A stretch of DNA of 64,000 bases, taken from the NCBI GenBank assembly GCA_001599295.1, contig BCGN01000002.1, forward strand, positions 1,364,001-1,428,000, written 5' to 3'. The position numbers were made by a program, and so were the translations under genes. The DNA is from Sporopachydermia quercuum (Eukaryota). Positions 23,361-35,078 of this stretch are shown piece after piece. Under the pieces are notes generated by a model. The model was not told the DNA's origin, did no database searches, and saw only the letters and a program-made list of their open reading frames with translations. Within the stretch, counting starts at the first letter, position 1. Every line of letters begins with the position of its first letter.

Positions 23361-24479
23361 CTATTCATCATCTTTTGTTTCTTTGTCGCCCTCTTTCTCA
23401 GTATCCTTCTCACTTTCCTTTATCTCAGTGCCTTCCTTAGATGTTGCGGTAGACTTCAGATCTTTTTCTTCTTCACTGTCGTCATCATCATCATCGTCAT
23501 CAACCAAGAACTCGTCGTTATCTGCAATTGGTAGAGGATCAACAACCTTTAATGGTGTCCACTTGCTTTCTTTAGATGGAGACGTCGCTTTTTCCTCACT
23601 TGACTTGCTCGGTTGGCTAGCAGACCCATAAAGATTGGACTCCTCGCTATCATCAGCTGGTTCTAATGCATTCTTAAAACCTGGACGTGGAGGCTTTGGT
23701 GGAGGAACATTATTGTCAACAAGTTTAATGCCTTGGAAATCATCAGCGATAACAGAATGATCAGCATCATAATCAACGCTACTGCCAGAATTTATTCTCT
23801 TGAAACTGCCGGAGCTGTCTTCCCTTGTAGAAGGCTTTCCGAAGGCGTTATATCTAACTTGGCCCCCTTGATTTCTATGATGTCCTTCGTAACTTCCTCT
23901 TCTTTCGTCTTCAAGTAAATCATCATCATCATTATCTTCTGTGATCTTCTTTTTTACTGTACTGAACCAATTGGCTACCTTGGTCTTCGTTTGATTCAAG
24001 CTGGTGTTAAATTGTTCACGTAATTCAACTAATGAATCATCACCTTCAAATGATCCACGACGAGGTTTATGTGGTGCATTGTATTTCTTATCAAGTTCTC
24101 TAGCCAATCTTTCATCTTCTTCAATTTGGGACCCCTTTCTTCTAATGGAGCTTCTGCGATGGCCAGCTGGCGCTCCAACTGGGGCAGGGATTGGAATCTC
24201 AGGCTCAAATGTCGGATCAGATAAAAATAATAAGGCATTAAAAGCAGGATCAAGAACTCCTGCGCTAGCAATTAAAACAGCTTTGACATATTTCTCTTCT
24301 ATAGTTGGAAATGCTTCTTTCAAAGTCTTTTCTGCCTGTTTCAAAGGCGATAAAGGTCTAGTTGGCACTGGAGGTGGTTGTTCTGCTTCTTTCTCTGNTT
24401 TTGCCTCTGATGATGTTTTATTCTCTTCTTCATGAAATACTTCATCACGATTGGAAAATGATACAGATTTCTCAGTCAT
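23361..24479 (-). CDS. CUE5: CUE-domain ubiquitin/Atg8 adaptor (CUE5/DON1)
   Basis: TLKEAFPTIEEKYVKAVLIASAGVLDPAFNALLFLSDP, QIEEDERLARELD, AIM-like WTPL near the C-terminus; tandem with GLO2/4 as in S. cerevisiae. Confidence 0.9.
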   Translation of the reverse strand: MTEKSVSFSNRDEVFHEEENKTSSEAKXEKEAEQPPPVPTRPLSPLKQAEKTLKEAFPTIEEKYVKAVLIASAGVLDPAFNALLFLSDPTFEPEIPIPAPVGAPAGHRRSSIRRKGSQIEEDERLARELDKKYNAPHKPRRGSFEGDDSLVELREQFNTSLNQTKTKVANWFSTVKKKITEDNDDDDLLEDERRGSYEGHHRNQGGQVRYNAFGKPSTREDSSGSFKRINSGSSVDYDADHSVIADDFQGIKLVDNNVPPPKPPRPGFKNALEPADDSEESNLYGSASQPSKSSEEKATSPSKESKWTPLKVVDPLPIADNDEFLVDDDDDDDDSEEEKDLKSTATSKEGTEIKESEKDTEKEGDKETKDDE

Positions 24480-25103
24480 GTTTTATGATTTGTATATTTC
24501 CCTGGAACCAGCTTGGTAGCTTCTAATGCACCCGAAGATGGATAATATTGGTTTACCTTGTTTGCTTGAACTATTAAGCTAATACCCCTTGGTGTAATAT
24601 ATCTCTCAATCCTCAATTGTGATCAACTCTTTTAAGTGTTCTCTTTCCTCCGAAATCTGTCTGCAATCGTATAAGCTGTGCATCAAACAATTGAATCAGA
24701 AAGGGTTTCTCCTAATGTGGTCTAAAAAACAGTTTCAAGCTTCGCTGTTCCTGAGGTCCTTATCATTAGTGTTTACTAAGTACTGAAGTGTTAATGATGA
24801 CTCCAGATGCATTCTTTGCGAGAATATTTTGTCTCATATCAGGGGGCCGGAAATCTCAAACAATGAGAATTCTCCCCTCTGTATATGTCCAGATAACTCG
24901 ATTCAGACGCGATGAAAACAACAATGGACATTCTGAGATTTACCACAGATGATTTTTGTTGCGGTTTCATGAGTATGTTCTCTTCAGAGAATGGGCAAAT
25001 ATCATCATAACTACTAATCTCATAATTCTTTCTTCCTGTATCATGGTCTTTTTAATACACGAAAAGTTGTTTCTCTTGGTTTTCTTTTCCTTTCTTCAGT
25101 AGA

Positions 25104-25300
25104 TTATCTCTGATTTAGCTAGAGCTTGTTCTCATATTCTTCAATTGAGAAATAAGTGTGGACAGCGGAGATAGAAGAAAACTGGATTTGTANAAGGGCT
25201 TAAAGTGATTTTTACTCATCTGACCTTGAAGTACTAAGTATCTAAAAGATATTGGTTGGAGATTTGATATTTTCAATTAAAGGCTTTAGGTCTAACAATT
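25104..25300 (+). ncRNA. Probable box H/ACA snoRNA, snR9-like
   Basis: Hairpin 25106-25172 with pocket GCTAGA/GTGGA complementary to 25S UCUAC-U-A-UCUAGC; H box AGAAGA at 25173, 15 nt from the pocket; second stem TGGATTT/AGGTCTA then ACA at 25295; lies antisense between GLO2 and CUE5. Confidence 0.6.
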
Positions 25301-25555
25301 TATGAACTGTGATACAGATTCTTGATTTGAATGTCTTCAAAGCACCGATTTGATTTGTGAGGTAATATGGAGTGTATAACATGCATCTTATTGTATAGTG
25401 CAAAGTAGCATTTGCTTAACTTGGATGCTGTAGAAATGCATAGTATAGCTCACCTACGTTTATTATTTCAGATATATATACAATCCATAGTTTAATTTGT
25501 TTATTATCATTAGGAGCACCTGAGGAAAGATGATAGTCTTTGTTATATTCCAACA

Positions 25556-26678
25556 CTAGAACTTGTTCTTCAACTCTCGTAACTTTGCCATTACATCAAC
25601 CCTGTCTTCTAGGTTCAATTTGCCTGTGATCTTGGGATCCTGTAGGAATTGTTAGTATTTTGAATGGCACAATTGTGTTATAGAGCACTTCAACAATGAA
25701 TGGAGCCTAAGATTCTCAAACAATACATACATCTAATCTCATAAAAGGATTGTATTTCTTCTCATCATCAATAGTGAAAACACCAGTGGTGAACTCATTG
25801 TTCTTGGTGAATTCATACAACTTATCCAAAGAAGAGTTATCAAAAATTGACTTGGCAAACTTAACATTGCCCATTGTGTATTCATGACCAGGCTTTAATA
25901 AACGAGTTAGTAATAATCAGTAAGCAGGTAGTACAAAATAAATCAACGAACATACATAAACCAATGTGTCTCCAGGTAATTCGGCAAGAATAGTATTCAA
26001 AGCAACATCCATTTCTTTCGCAGTACCTTCGAAGAATCTTCCACAACCAGCAACAAACAATGTGTCACCTGTGAAGACTGCTCGTTGATTGGTGTTCTTA
26101 TCTTCGAAGTAGAAACAGATTGAGTCCTGAGTATGACAGGGTGTATGAAGAGCAGTTACTTCAATAGTTTTACCGAGAATAAGCTTTCCCTTATGAGGAG
26201 GAGTGTTGGTAACTAATGGTGAGTCTCTACCTGCGATTATGGGTAATTTAGGATAGTGTTTATGCTGATAATCAAAGGTTAGTAGGCGCAACTACAATAT
26301 GTCCAGGTTGTGATCATTATTCATNAAATCTATCACACATACCAATTCCCTGTTTCCACCTGCATGATCATAATGATGATGGGTATTGACAATACCAATT
26401 AGTTTTATTTGGTCTCTACCTTCCAAATCCTCCAAAACTGGTAAAACTTCGTGGGGCTCAGCAGGGTCAATTATGTAACTTTCTTTCGTGTTATCATCAG
26501 TAATGATATAAGCATAATTATCACCGGTGCCCCAGCGCATAGTAATATGTTGGATCTTCATTGTTCGAACTTGATTTTTCAGGAGAATATTCTGATTGGC
26601 AAATGCAGCAGAATGTTTTAAAAGATTCAAACAAGGCTGCTCAAACAAAAGCAATTCAAGAGTTAGTATTCGCTGCAT
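25556..26678 (-). CDS. GLO2: Glyoxalase II (hydroxyacylglutathione hydrolase); exons 26678 (or 26561)-26343, 26264-25956, 25892-25731, 25639-25556
   Basis: WGTGDNYAY, THHHYDHAGGN, HTPCHTQDSIC, FTGDTLF, CGRFFEG, PGHEYT, NPFMRL; three GTATGT..TACTAAC..(C/A)AG introns keep the frame. Confidence 0.93.
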
Positions 26679-27904
26679 GAACAGAATTCAAGGTATTCAT
26701 TCATTTACTCCCATTGGTATTTGTAAATGTTTCATTCGAACAATCGATTAAAAACCCGAAGAAAAGAATTTTTCTGTACTCACTTTTTTCAAAACTTGAC
26801 AGTTGAACATCAATTGTAATTATTTTGTCTTCTTCTTACAATATGTGTATAGACTGGATCTAAGAGGTCTTGCTTTGTTGTATCAACTTCAAAAGAGCTG
26901 ATGGTTCCAATAGACACAGATAATCGGTGAGATTGTCAATTTACTCTCAGTTTATTCTTTCGTTCTCGCTGTCTCTGTAATCTGTAATCTGTTTAAGCAA
27001 AACAAAAAATAATTGTTTTGTTGTTATTTGTTGTTTTAATGAGACTTCTTAGGAGAACCTTTCGAAAGATGAACTNGATGTGGGATCTACTAAATCTCCA
27101 AAAAGGGCAATGAATTGAGTATGAGATAAATGGGCTTAGTATTGCGTGGAAGAATCTGTGGAATTTCTGTGCTGCCTACACTAACGAGATGTACGATCAA
27201 ATTGTTTATATAAATAAGTGTCTTTTTATTGCTATTATATTTATCAGGAAAAAGAAATTGTGAAATAAATGAAAGGTATTTCAATCAATTGCATTCGGAT
27301 GGAGTCAATGAGTTTACCAGCTTGATGTCATACAGAAGCTTTCCTTATCATCTCTTCCCACATGAAATACAACTGGAAGAGCAATGAACGATCTTCAAGG
27401 GTACGAAGGTCCCATGAAGTAAAGAAGCTGCTTTGTCGTACATTCAAAGCCTGTTTCGTTTATGATGATATTTATTCGCAACAATATCATTGTAATATCT
27501 ATCGAATGTCTCATTGAACCAATGGCAAATAGCAATTAGCCGTTTTGTAATCAAGAAAATAAAATGAGATCGAAATGAATCTGTCCTATATCAGGGGTAT
27601 GATAGAGATAGTAATTGTCCCATATTAGGGTTAAACAGTGATTTATAGAATAGTCCATCGATCGAAAGATCTATCATTGATCATAAAGATAAATATTTCA
27701 TTCGTTTGACACTATTTATTACAATCAATAACTGATTGTACGCATAAAGGATGGAGTTAAAGTAGTAGACTGTATGGATGAGTCAGGTGACTTGGTTGTG
27801 TTAGTCTAGAAAATAGGGGTTGTNACTGTTTTTTTCTGTCAAGAATGTACTACTTTTCGATCAGTGGAGTAATACTAGAGGTTAGGGGTTTATAAAAAGG
27901 AGAA

Positions 27905-30900
27905 ATGCTACGATTTTGCTGTCAAACGTGGAGCAAGAGTTCTCACAATGGCTATACACATAGTTTGTTTTTAAGGAAAAGGAGATCTTGCAAATTCTGC
28001 CTGGATTTGAACCTTAGAAGGTATCACAAGCGAAATGACTCATATACTAAGTGGAAACCGAATACTGTTGATACAACTTGTATAAGCATCAATGATAATG
28101 GATCATCTAAACTTTTGGGAACCGCAACACTCGAAGCACAACAACCTCTATCTCAAATTCCAATATATGGACTTCATCAAAGTGATATATTCACTTCAGA
28201 TGGTTCTAAAGAGCCAATAAGGATTCTTCACATTGACTCCTTAAGACGCCAGTATGTGACAGGTTTAGAGTCTAATATGGAAAATGAGAACTGGCAGTTA
28301 ATGAGGATTGGGTCAACTATCCTACGAAGATTTGCTGCTGATGTAAAAAAACTCAACTTCAATATATACAGAAACGGTAATACTATACTGGAAAACTCTT
28401 ATGATCATATGTCACCAGAACTACGGAACTTGGTGATCATTAGCTGTGAAAGCCTTGACCATATTCTGGTTCAATGGGAAGAGAATCTGAAAGGTTCAAG
28501 GCAAAATGTTGCCAATGATTATGATAANCTGCTTGATCTCATGGTTGAAACTGCTTCAAAAATTCTCATTGATACCAATTTGGCGTTACCTAATACAGTG
28601 TCAGAGTCAAAACGTAGGAAGGCACTAGAGGCAATTGGCCAACAAATCGCGGAAAGATTTGTATACGTTGCTTTCTCATTTCATAAAACCTTTTCTCAGC
28701 TACCAGTTCCTGCAAACAAGAAAAATAAAGATTTGCTGGAAAAGATAGAAACTGTTTTATTTAAGACAATAGACCATCTTCTTTCTTACTCAACTGATGG
28801 AATAAACTTCCGCTTCAACAACAGGGAAATTATAGCACATTTTATGTTGTCTGTGCAGACTTTCCAACTGATTTATCAGGAATCAGATATATCTAGCATA
28901 ATCTCCTTACTAGAACTTTTTTCAAAGGAATCGGAACTTCATGAAGAGTCTGAAAGAGCAAAGGTATACTATGCCTTATTCAACTTAACTTACTTGAAAT
29001 CTCTTGTCTACACAATGGATACTTCGGTTTCACCGAATATGATGAACAGCAATTATTCTGACTTTGAAATAGGAGATTATGAAAATAGCTCTAATGATTC
29101 CTCTTTACGGGATGGAATTTCTAATTCTGTGAAGTTGCGGCAAAGTCATTTAGCTGATTTGCAGGATCTACTCCAGTTTGACTTGTCTAAGTTCAAAGTG
29201 AGAAATGATGGTAAGAAGGATTTTCTGTCTTTTAATGGATTGTTTATTCCACCATATGTAATTCAGCTTTTAAACCGAAATATTCCTTCTGATCAGCTAA
29301 TCGATGTATTCATATTAGTGATGAATTGTTGTTACGGTATAGAAGGTCTCAGTTCAAAGTCATACAAGGCATTGTTTGATACTATTAGGAAAATTATTGA
29401 AGCAGAGACTCACATGTCTGAATTATTTATGTTCATAAAAGATAATGATAAATTTTTGAGGCTGTCCACTGATGTTTTAAAGGATATTTGCAAGTGGGAT
29501 GTACTTAGGGGAGACATGCCTATGTTTGATGAGCATATGGCAATGCTTCGCAGAAAAGTGGAAGCTATTATATCTCCTGAAACCACACAGGATGAAAGAC
29601 TGAACCTAAGCAGGATCTTGTATAAAGCAGCGTTATCTAAACAAGTGCAATTCCAAGGGTATGGCAGCGGACTAGTTGTCTTGAATGCAATGATTAAAGA
29701 TGGAATTGTACCGGATCACGAAGTATTTAGCATTTTGACAAAAGAGGCCAGAAATGAAGATTTATTGCAGATAGTTGGCGATTTGGTGAGGCATTGTAAA
29801 GATCTTGGGAGGCAATATTCAGCAAAGAATTCAAAACAGCAATTGTCGTTAAGAAAAGCATTTTATAATGGTTTGTGCGATATATCGTTGTGCTATTTAA
29901 ATCATGGTGATAATCTTCCCAAAGCTGTGCAATACATTACTGCAGTATTTGAGTATTCTGATGAGATATTCCATAATTGCGGTATCTATGAATGTTTGCA
30001 GTATGTGAAGTCGTTCTCGCAGAGTGAGAATAAAAGTCTTGTAGAACAGAAGCCCAGCAACTTGGAGGGATCAAGTGGTTTACGAGGTATGGGAATATCA
30101 CAGCATGTTTTAACTAAATTCTATCGAAGACTTCTGGAGCTTGTCAAGGTGAAATCAGTAACTGATCCAAATCTTACAATATTTCTTGATTTGTTAGATC
30201 GGCTGAAGTATTATGTGATTGATATCCAAAAGCGAGAGTTGTTAGATGAGTCTCTGAAGTCGCATCCTTTTTCTTCTCGAAATTTGGATGCTGGAATCTT
30301 TGAGGTTTTTATGTATCACATGGCAATTGTAGAAGATGAAAGAATAATGAAAGTAGCTGGGCAGTTTTTGGAAGATATATTGAGCTTGAAATATAAGAAG
30401 TTTTCTGTTAGAATTCTTGAGATGATGATCATGGGTTATGCTAGATTAAGTGATCAGGAGAACTGTTTGAGATTATTGAAGCTTTCGTTAGATCACTTCA
30501 GATACCCGTTGACTGTGAATATTTGCAATTCCATGATTGATGTATATTTGAGGTGTGGAATGTTAGATCAAGCTAGAAAATGGCTTGATATTTCAATACG
30601 AAGTAGAAATACGAAATTTGGGCCATTCATTGAGCAGGTTTGCCGAGAACTTGATTTAGAACCTGAGGAGATAGTTACTAGAATTATTAATGCGAAATCA
30701 AATTCTGAAACCTTTGAAAGTTCTAAGGAAGTTTTTGATTTTATTCGAATGAGTAAAGCGGAGAGACGCTATTTGAGAACCAAATACAAGCCTAAGTATA
30801 GTCAAACATTAGGAGAAACGAAATTTATGAATTCAAATGCTTCTGCATCCATTGAAATAGTATCAAGTGGCTCAAAAGACATCAAAAGCAATTGTAATAT

Positions 30901-31075
30901 AGATAATTCTCAAAGCTCCAAGAATTTAGAAATAATAGAAGGCTCTATTTACGATGCACAAGACCTGGAGTCAGAGCTGTGGAGCATTGCAACTGGCAAA
31001 CATCAGGAGATTGATAAAAATAGACTAATTATCTTAACAGACAAGGTATTCAAGCAAGTGAAAGCTATGTCATGA
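27905..31075 (+). CDS. Large mitochondrial pentatricopeptide-repeat (PPR)-like protein
   Basis: 1056-aa ORF; basic presequence-like N-terminus; PPR-like units ILEMMIMGYARLSDQENCLRLLK, ICNSMIDVYLRCGMLDQARKWLD, MIKDGIVPDHEVFSIL. Confidence 0.7.
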   Translation: MLRFCCQTWSKSSHNGYTHSLFLRKRRSCKFCLDLNLRRYHKRNDSYTKWKPNTVDTTCISINDNGSSKLLGTATLEAQQPLSQIPIYGLHQSDIFTSDGSKEPIRILHIDSLRRQYVTGLESNMENENWQLMRIGSTILRRFAADVKKLNFNIYRNGNTILENSYDHMSPELRNLVIISCESLDHILVQWEENLKGSRQNVANDYDXLLDLMVETASKILIDTNLALPNTVSESKRRKALEAIGQQIAERFVYVAFSFHKTFSQLPVPANKKNKDLLEKIETVLFKTIDHLLSYSTDGINFRFNNREIIAHFMLSVQTFQLIYQESDISSIISLLELFSKESELHEESERAKVYYALFNLTYLKSLVYTMDTSVSPNMMNSNYSDFEIGDYENSSNDSSLRDGISNSVKLRQSHLADLQDLLQFDLSKFKVRNDGKKDFLSFNGLFIPPYVIQLLNRNIPSDQLIDVFILVMNCCYGIEGLSSKSYKALFDTIRKIIEAETHMSELFMFIKDNDKFLRLSTDVLKDICKWDVLRGDMPMFDEHMAMLRRKVEAIISPETTQDERLNLSRILYKAALSKQVQFQGYGSGLVVLNAMIKDGIVPDHEVFSILTKEARNEDLLQIVGDLVRHCKDLGRQYSAKNSKQQLSLRKAFYNGLCDISLCYLNHGDNLPKAVQYITAVFEYSDEIFHNCGIYECLQYVKSFSQSENKSLVEQKPSNLEGSSGLRGMGISQHVLTKFYRRLLELVKVKSVTDPNLTIFLDLLDRLKYYVIDIQKRELLDESLKSHPFSSRNLDAGIFEVFMYHMAIVEDERIMKVAGQFLEDILSLKYKKFSVRILEMMIMGYARLSDQENCLRLLKLSLDHFRYPLTVNICNSMIDVYLRCGMLDQARKWLDISIRSRNTKFGPFIEQVCRELDLEPEEIVTRIINAKSNSETFESSKEVFDFIRMSKAERRYLRTKYKPKYSQTLGETKFMNSNASASIEIVSSGSKDIKSNCNIDNSQSSKNLEIIEGSIYDAQDLESELWSIATGKHQEIDKNRLIILTDKVFKQVKAMS

Positions 31076-32763
31076 GTAAGGTCTGTTCTTTAACGCAACG
31101 CAACAAGTCTATTTTTTGACTATATCTGCCTTATTGGTAGGAGTNAGACTTTTACTTGGGAGATTAGTTCTTGTATATAATAATCTAATGATAACAAAAT
31201 AGAATGAAAGATCAAACTGTTTTTGGGGGACAGAGATGAACGAAACATTAATGATTATATCGAAGAGTGCCTCTTTTGCTTCGCAGAGTATTAATTACAA
31301 GACGATTCGAATCAAGTGGTAAGCACTTATTCCATTATCAGATTTGAATTGTCTTTACATTTATTATTCTATAGATCTATTAACTAGTTTATTTACATAT
31401 ACCTATTTATTGTCATTATTCTCTCCATTCTCTTACGATCGCAAATCATACTCTTCCCTTTGTTAAATTCTGAGATAACNAACTCCCAAACTCATTTTGT
31501 CATTCTTTCTCATTCCCCAGGTTTATTTAAACTACCAAATAAAAATCGATATTGCATCAATATTAATACTCAAAAGTCAGCCGTGTTAAAAAGACGCACG
31601 CTTATCACTGATCTCAGTAAAATAGCCATATAGCCATTTCCGATTAATTAATCGATCTTCTCAGTCAAACTTCATACCTCCCATGAATTGTCCTGTCCAC
31701 CTCCAAATGGTTCACTAGACCATCTATATCCTTCTTTATTAATAGCCTAATGTTTCCCGTTTTTACCTTGACATCATCCATATGCGTATCTTTTCCTCTA
31801 TTCATCAATCAATCTCAATCACATTAATATCGCTCATCGATAACCTGTTCATTCCAATACTGTTTCTGTGTTCTATCNTTTTCCATTCATTTATTCGTAC
31901 AGTGAAAATCTCCCTCATTAGGATTTTTCTGTGGTAATTTGTAATCAAAGTTGGTAATCACAAAATAGTTAACTATTTCGTTTCTGTGTACGTGTACGCA
32001 CGTACANAATAAAAAATTGGGTTTGTGTGTTGTGTTGCCTCCTCTGAAATCACACAACCTACAATGAGAATCTGGGTATCCCTAAAAGAGAAAAATTGTA
32101 GTAACAGCAACAACATCCTGTTGGAGAAATTCAAGGACATAAGAATCATGTGTAATAAGCGAATGTCTGGAAAGCAACATTAATAGAGGCATTTTAAGTA
32201 TTTCTATAGTACATTCACTGATTCTTCGTATTCATATATTAGATCGACAATTCAAGTTAACATTGTATTAATTCGCTTGATCTGTTGGTGGAAAAAAAAA
32301 AGGAGAGAAAAAAAGAGGGACGCAAAAAGAGATTCAAATAAAGAAAGAGTGGAATTTCTTTATTGTAACTAGGTGTGTTGAATCCCTTTCNCTTCTTGTT
32401 AGTATTTGAACTAATTATTTGAAGAAAGGGCAATAATTCAGAGTAAAGCTAAAAGAATTGGATAGAAATAGCTAGAGAAAAGATACTGGATCACTTCAGG
32501 TAGTGACATAGCGGCAACTACACATCTGGGATTGTTCCCTTCTTTCATCACTGTGATCCCTCTCCCTAGTTGTTGGACTGTTGTCAGTACTCGTAATCCT
32601 CATATCTGAAGGAGTTTGTTAAGAGCGAGAGTAGTTTGAAGAGTAAGACGTCATAATTAAGAAACCAAGAAAGAGAACGGCGGTGTACAGTTAGTTACAC
32701 TCCGGTTTGTGATCTCCCCATTAGATAATAATAATAAAAACTAATTGACCGATTGACTGAAGT

Positions 32764-34317
32764 ATGGCTCCACAATCTTCAAATACTGGTGTGGAAGAGT
32801 CAGTGTCGAATAATGTGTCGAAAGAGAATGATAGTATTCTGTCACCGGCAGCTCATGCCATGGCAAACATAAGGAGTATGTCTCCACTGCCTATACTTCA
32901 GACAGGAAATACTGGAAACACTAATGGTACACAACTGCAAGCGCAAGCTCCGCAAAGTAATTTGTTNACTTCTCAAAGCTCAGAAAATAGTAATGCTAGT
33001 AAACGAGAGACAATCCCCGCAGGAGGTGTTATACTTCAACAGTTGGCATCAGCGGAGAACAGCGTCGACGGTCTCTCTTCTAGAGAACCATCTATCACAT
33101 CCTTATCTAACTCACCTGTATATGCCCCTATTACCACAGCAGCATTACAGAATGCAGGTTCAAGTTCATTATCAATAGATGCGAATTTGAGTAATCTAAC
33201 ACCAGGTTCATCAAATAATACCGATACTTCGGGCGGTTACTTCAGTCCAGTACCATTCGCACAACCAATCATTTCAAAGTTAACTTCAGGCATCGAAAAC
33301 GAGAGAGCATCAGCTTCTGAAGATATTCCTATTCCTAGTAATGGACAAGGTGCTGACCCATCAAGGCATCCATCATTACTTGGAGCTCCTACCAAACCNC
33401 TCACTGCTCATGCCCACTTCTTTCTTGATGAAACTGTCGGGCACAGTGGAACAAGGTCAAGGAGCAGTTCTTTCGGTAATAATCCCCCACCAAAAGCACT
33501 CAACACAAGTGGTACTTCATCAAAGCTAGCAACCAGCTCGAAACCTTTGCCTGATAGAAATTCTAGTTTAGATTCAGTTGTCAAACAATCAATCAGCTCC
33601 AGGAGAGGTGATGTACTCAAACCCAAAGGAGAAGTTGGTTCAAACGTTGATCCAAGACTACCAGAAGACGACGGAAAGTTTCATATACTTTTTGGAGCTT
33701 GTGGTTCTATTTCCACTGTCAAACTTCGCTTGATTATTCAAAAATTGGAACAAGTTTATGGAGCTGATAAGGTTTCTATTCAGTTAATTCTTACCCCATC
33801 AGCTGAACATTTTGTTACTCGAAGTGAGTTCCCTCCTGATGTGAGGATCTGGAGAGATAAAGACGAGTGGACTACTTGGACAGCCCGTACAGATCCTGTT
33901 TTACATATTGAATTACGCAGGTGGGCAGATATATTAGTGATAGCACCACTAACTGCAAATACTTTGAGTAAGATAGCCCTTGGTTTATGTGATAATCTAT
34001 TGACTAATGTGGTCAGAGCTTGGAATACTCAATATCCCATTGTTGTTGCACCAAGTATGGTGATCCACAGCTATAACAGTCCTGTTACTAGAAGACATCT
34101 GAAAACTATCTCCGAAGAAATGAAATGGATAGAAGTGCTCAAGCCGGTAGAGAAAGTCGTTGATTCTTATGGCGACATTGGTATGGGTGGTATGATGGAT
34201 TGGAACGAGATTGTTGATAAAGTGGTCCATAAGCTAGGTGGTTATCCTGAAGAAGATGACGATGATGATGATGAGAACGATGATGACAATGATGATGATG
34301 ACGCCGATGACGACGAC

Positions 34318-34363
<46 letters not shown>

Positions 34364-34494
34364 GCAATAATGCCCCTGTTCCTACTTCTGCTAATGATGG
34401 TGAAGGTGATAGAAATAAGACAAATATTACATCGCAAACTAATGACGATGACGGAATATTCGATGATGATATAGTGGAAACAAGATCCAAATAA
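32764..34494 (+). CDS. SIS2: Hal3/Sis2/Vhs3-type PPC-decarboxylase subunit and Ppz1 inhibitor
   Basis: DPRLPEDDGKFHILFGACGS, PVLHIELRRWAD, GDIGMGGMMDWNEIV..KLGGYP, poly-Asp tail. Confidence 0.9.
34255..34362 (+). repeat. (GAT/GAC)n poly-Asp coding microsatellite
   Basis: Long GAT run directly visible; encodes the acidic tail of the Hal3-like protein. Confidence 0.95.
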
Positions 34495-35078
34495 GGGAGA
34501 ATATATGATGAGAACTAATTAGAGTATAAATACGTAAGTCAATATACCATTCAATGGATTTAGATAATCCAAACATAAATCTAAATCTACTTGTATAAAC
34601 ATAAAGTATTATATCTATGTTACTATATTGTTCCACGACTAATTTCCATTTAGTCCGTTCCTCAAAATAAAGCAGGAACACACACCAAAACAAATGAATC
34701 AAAATGATATTTACTTATTATTTGCTGTATATTCATTTTGAATGCTTAATTAGTAACAACTCTTTTTTAGGTTGATTATTTTTCATTCGTTACTTAATCT
34801 ATTATGCGAATACTATCTCTACAAGATCTTACCCTTGCAACTATAAGCTTAAGTCCACCTCCTTAATCAGAGGCGCGTGTGAATAATCAGCTTGCATATG
34901 CATATGCGAACTAAAGGTTCTTCTTTACCAGGTACGGAACATCAACCAATATCATTGAATTAAATAAACAGAACAAGTTCCCTTTAATTTTTCATGTCTA
35001 GTCAGGAAGCGAACAATAGCCTCTTATTAAAAAACATTTATTGTATAAGTTCTGGGCTTTTATCAAAACATTGTGAGA

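Noticed and set aside
24885..24912. RNase P RNA (ATAACTCGATTCAGAC resembles CR-V) or U3 snoRNA
   Set aside because: No matching CR-I/P4 partner upstream and no U3 box A
34234..34490. Poly-Ile, poly-Met and poly-Ser ORFs
   Set aside because: Alternate frames and strands of the (GAT)n poly-Asp tract of the Hal3-like gene
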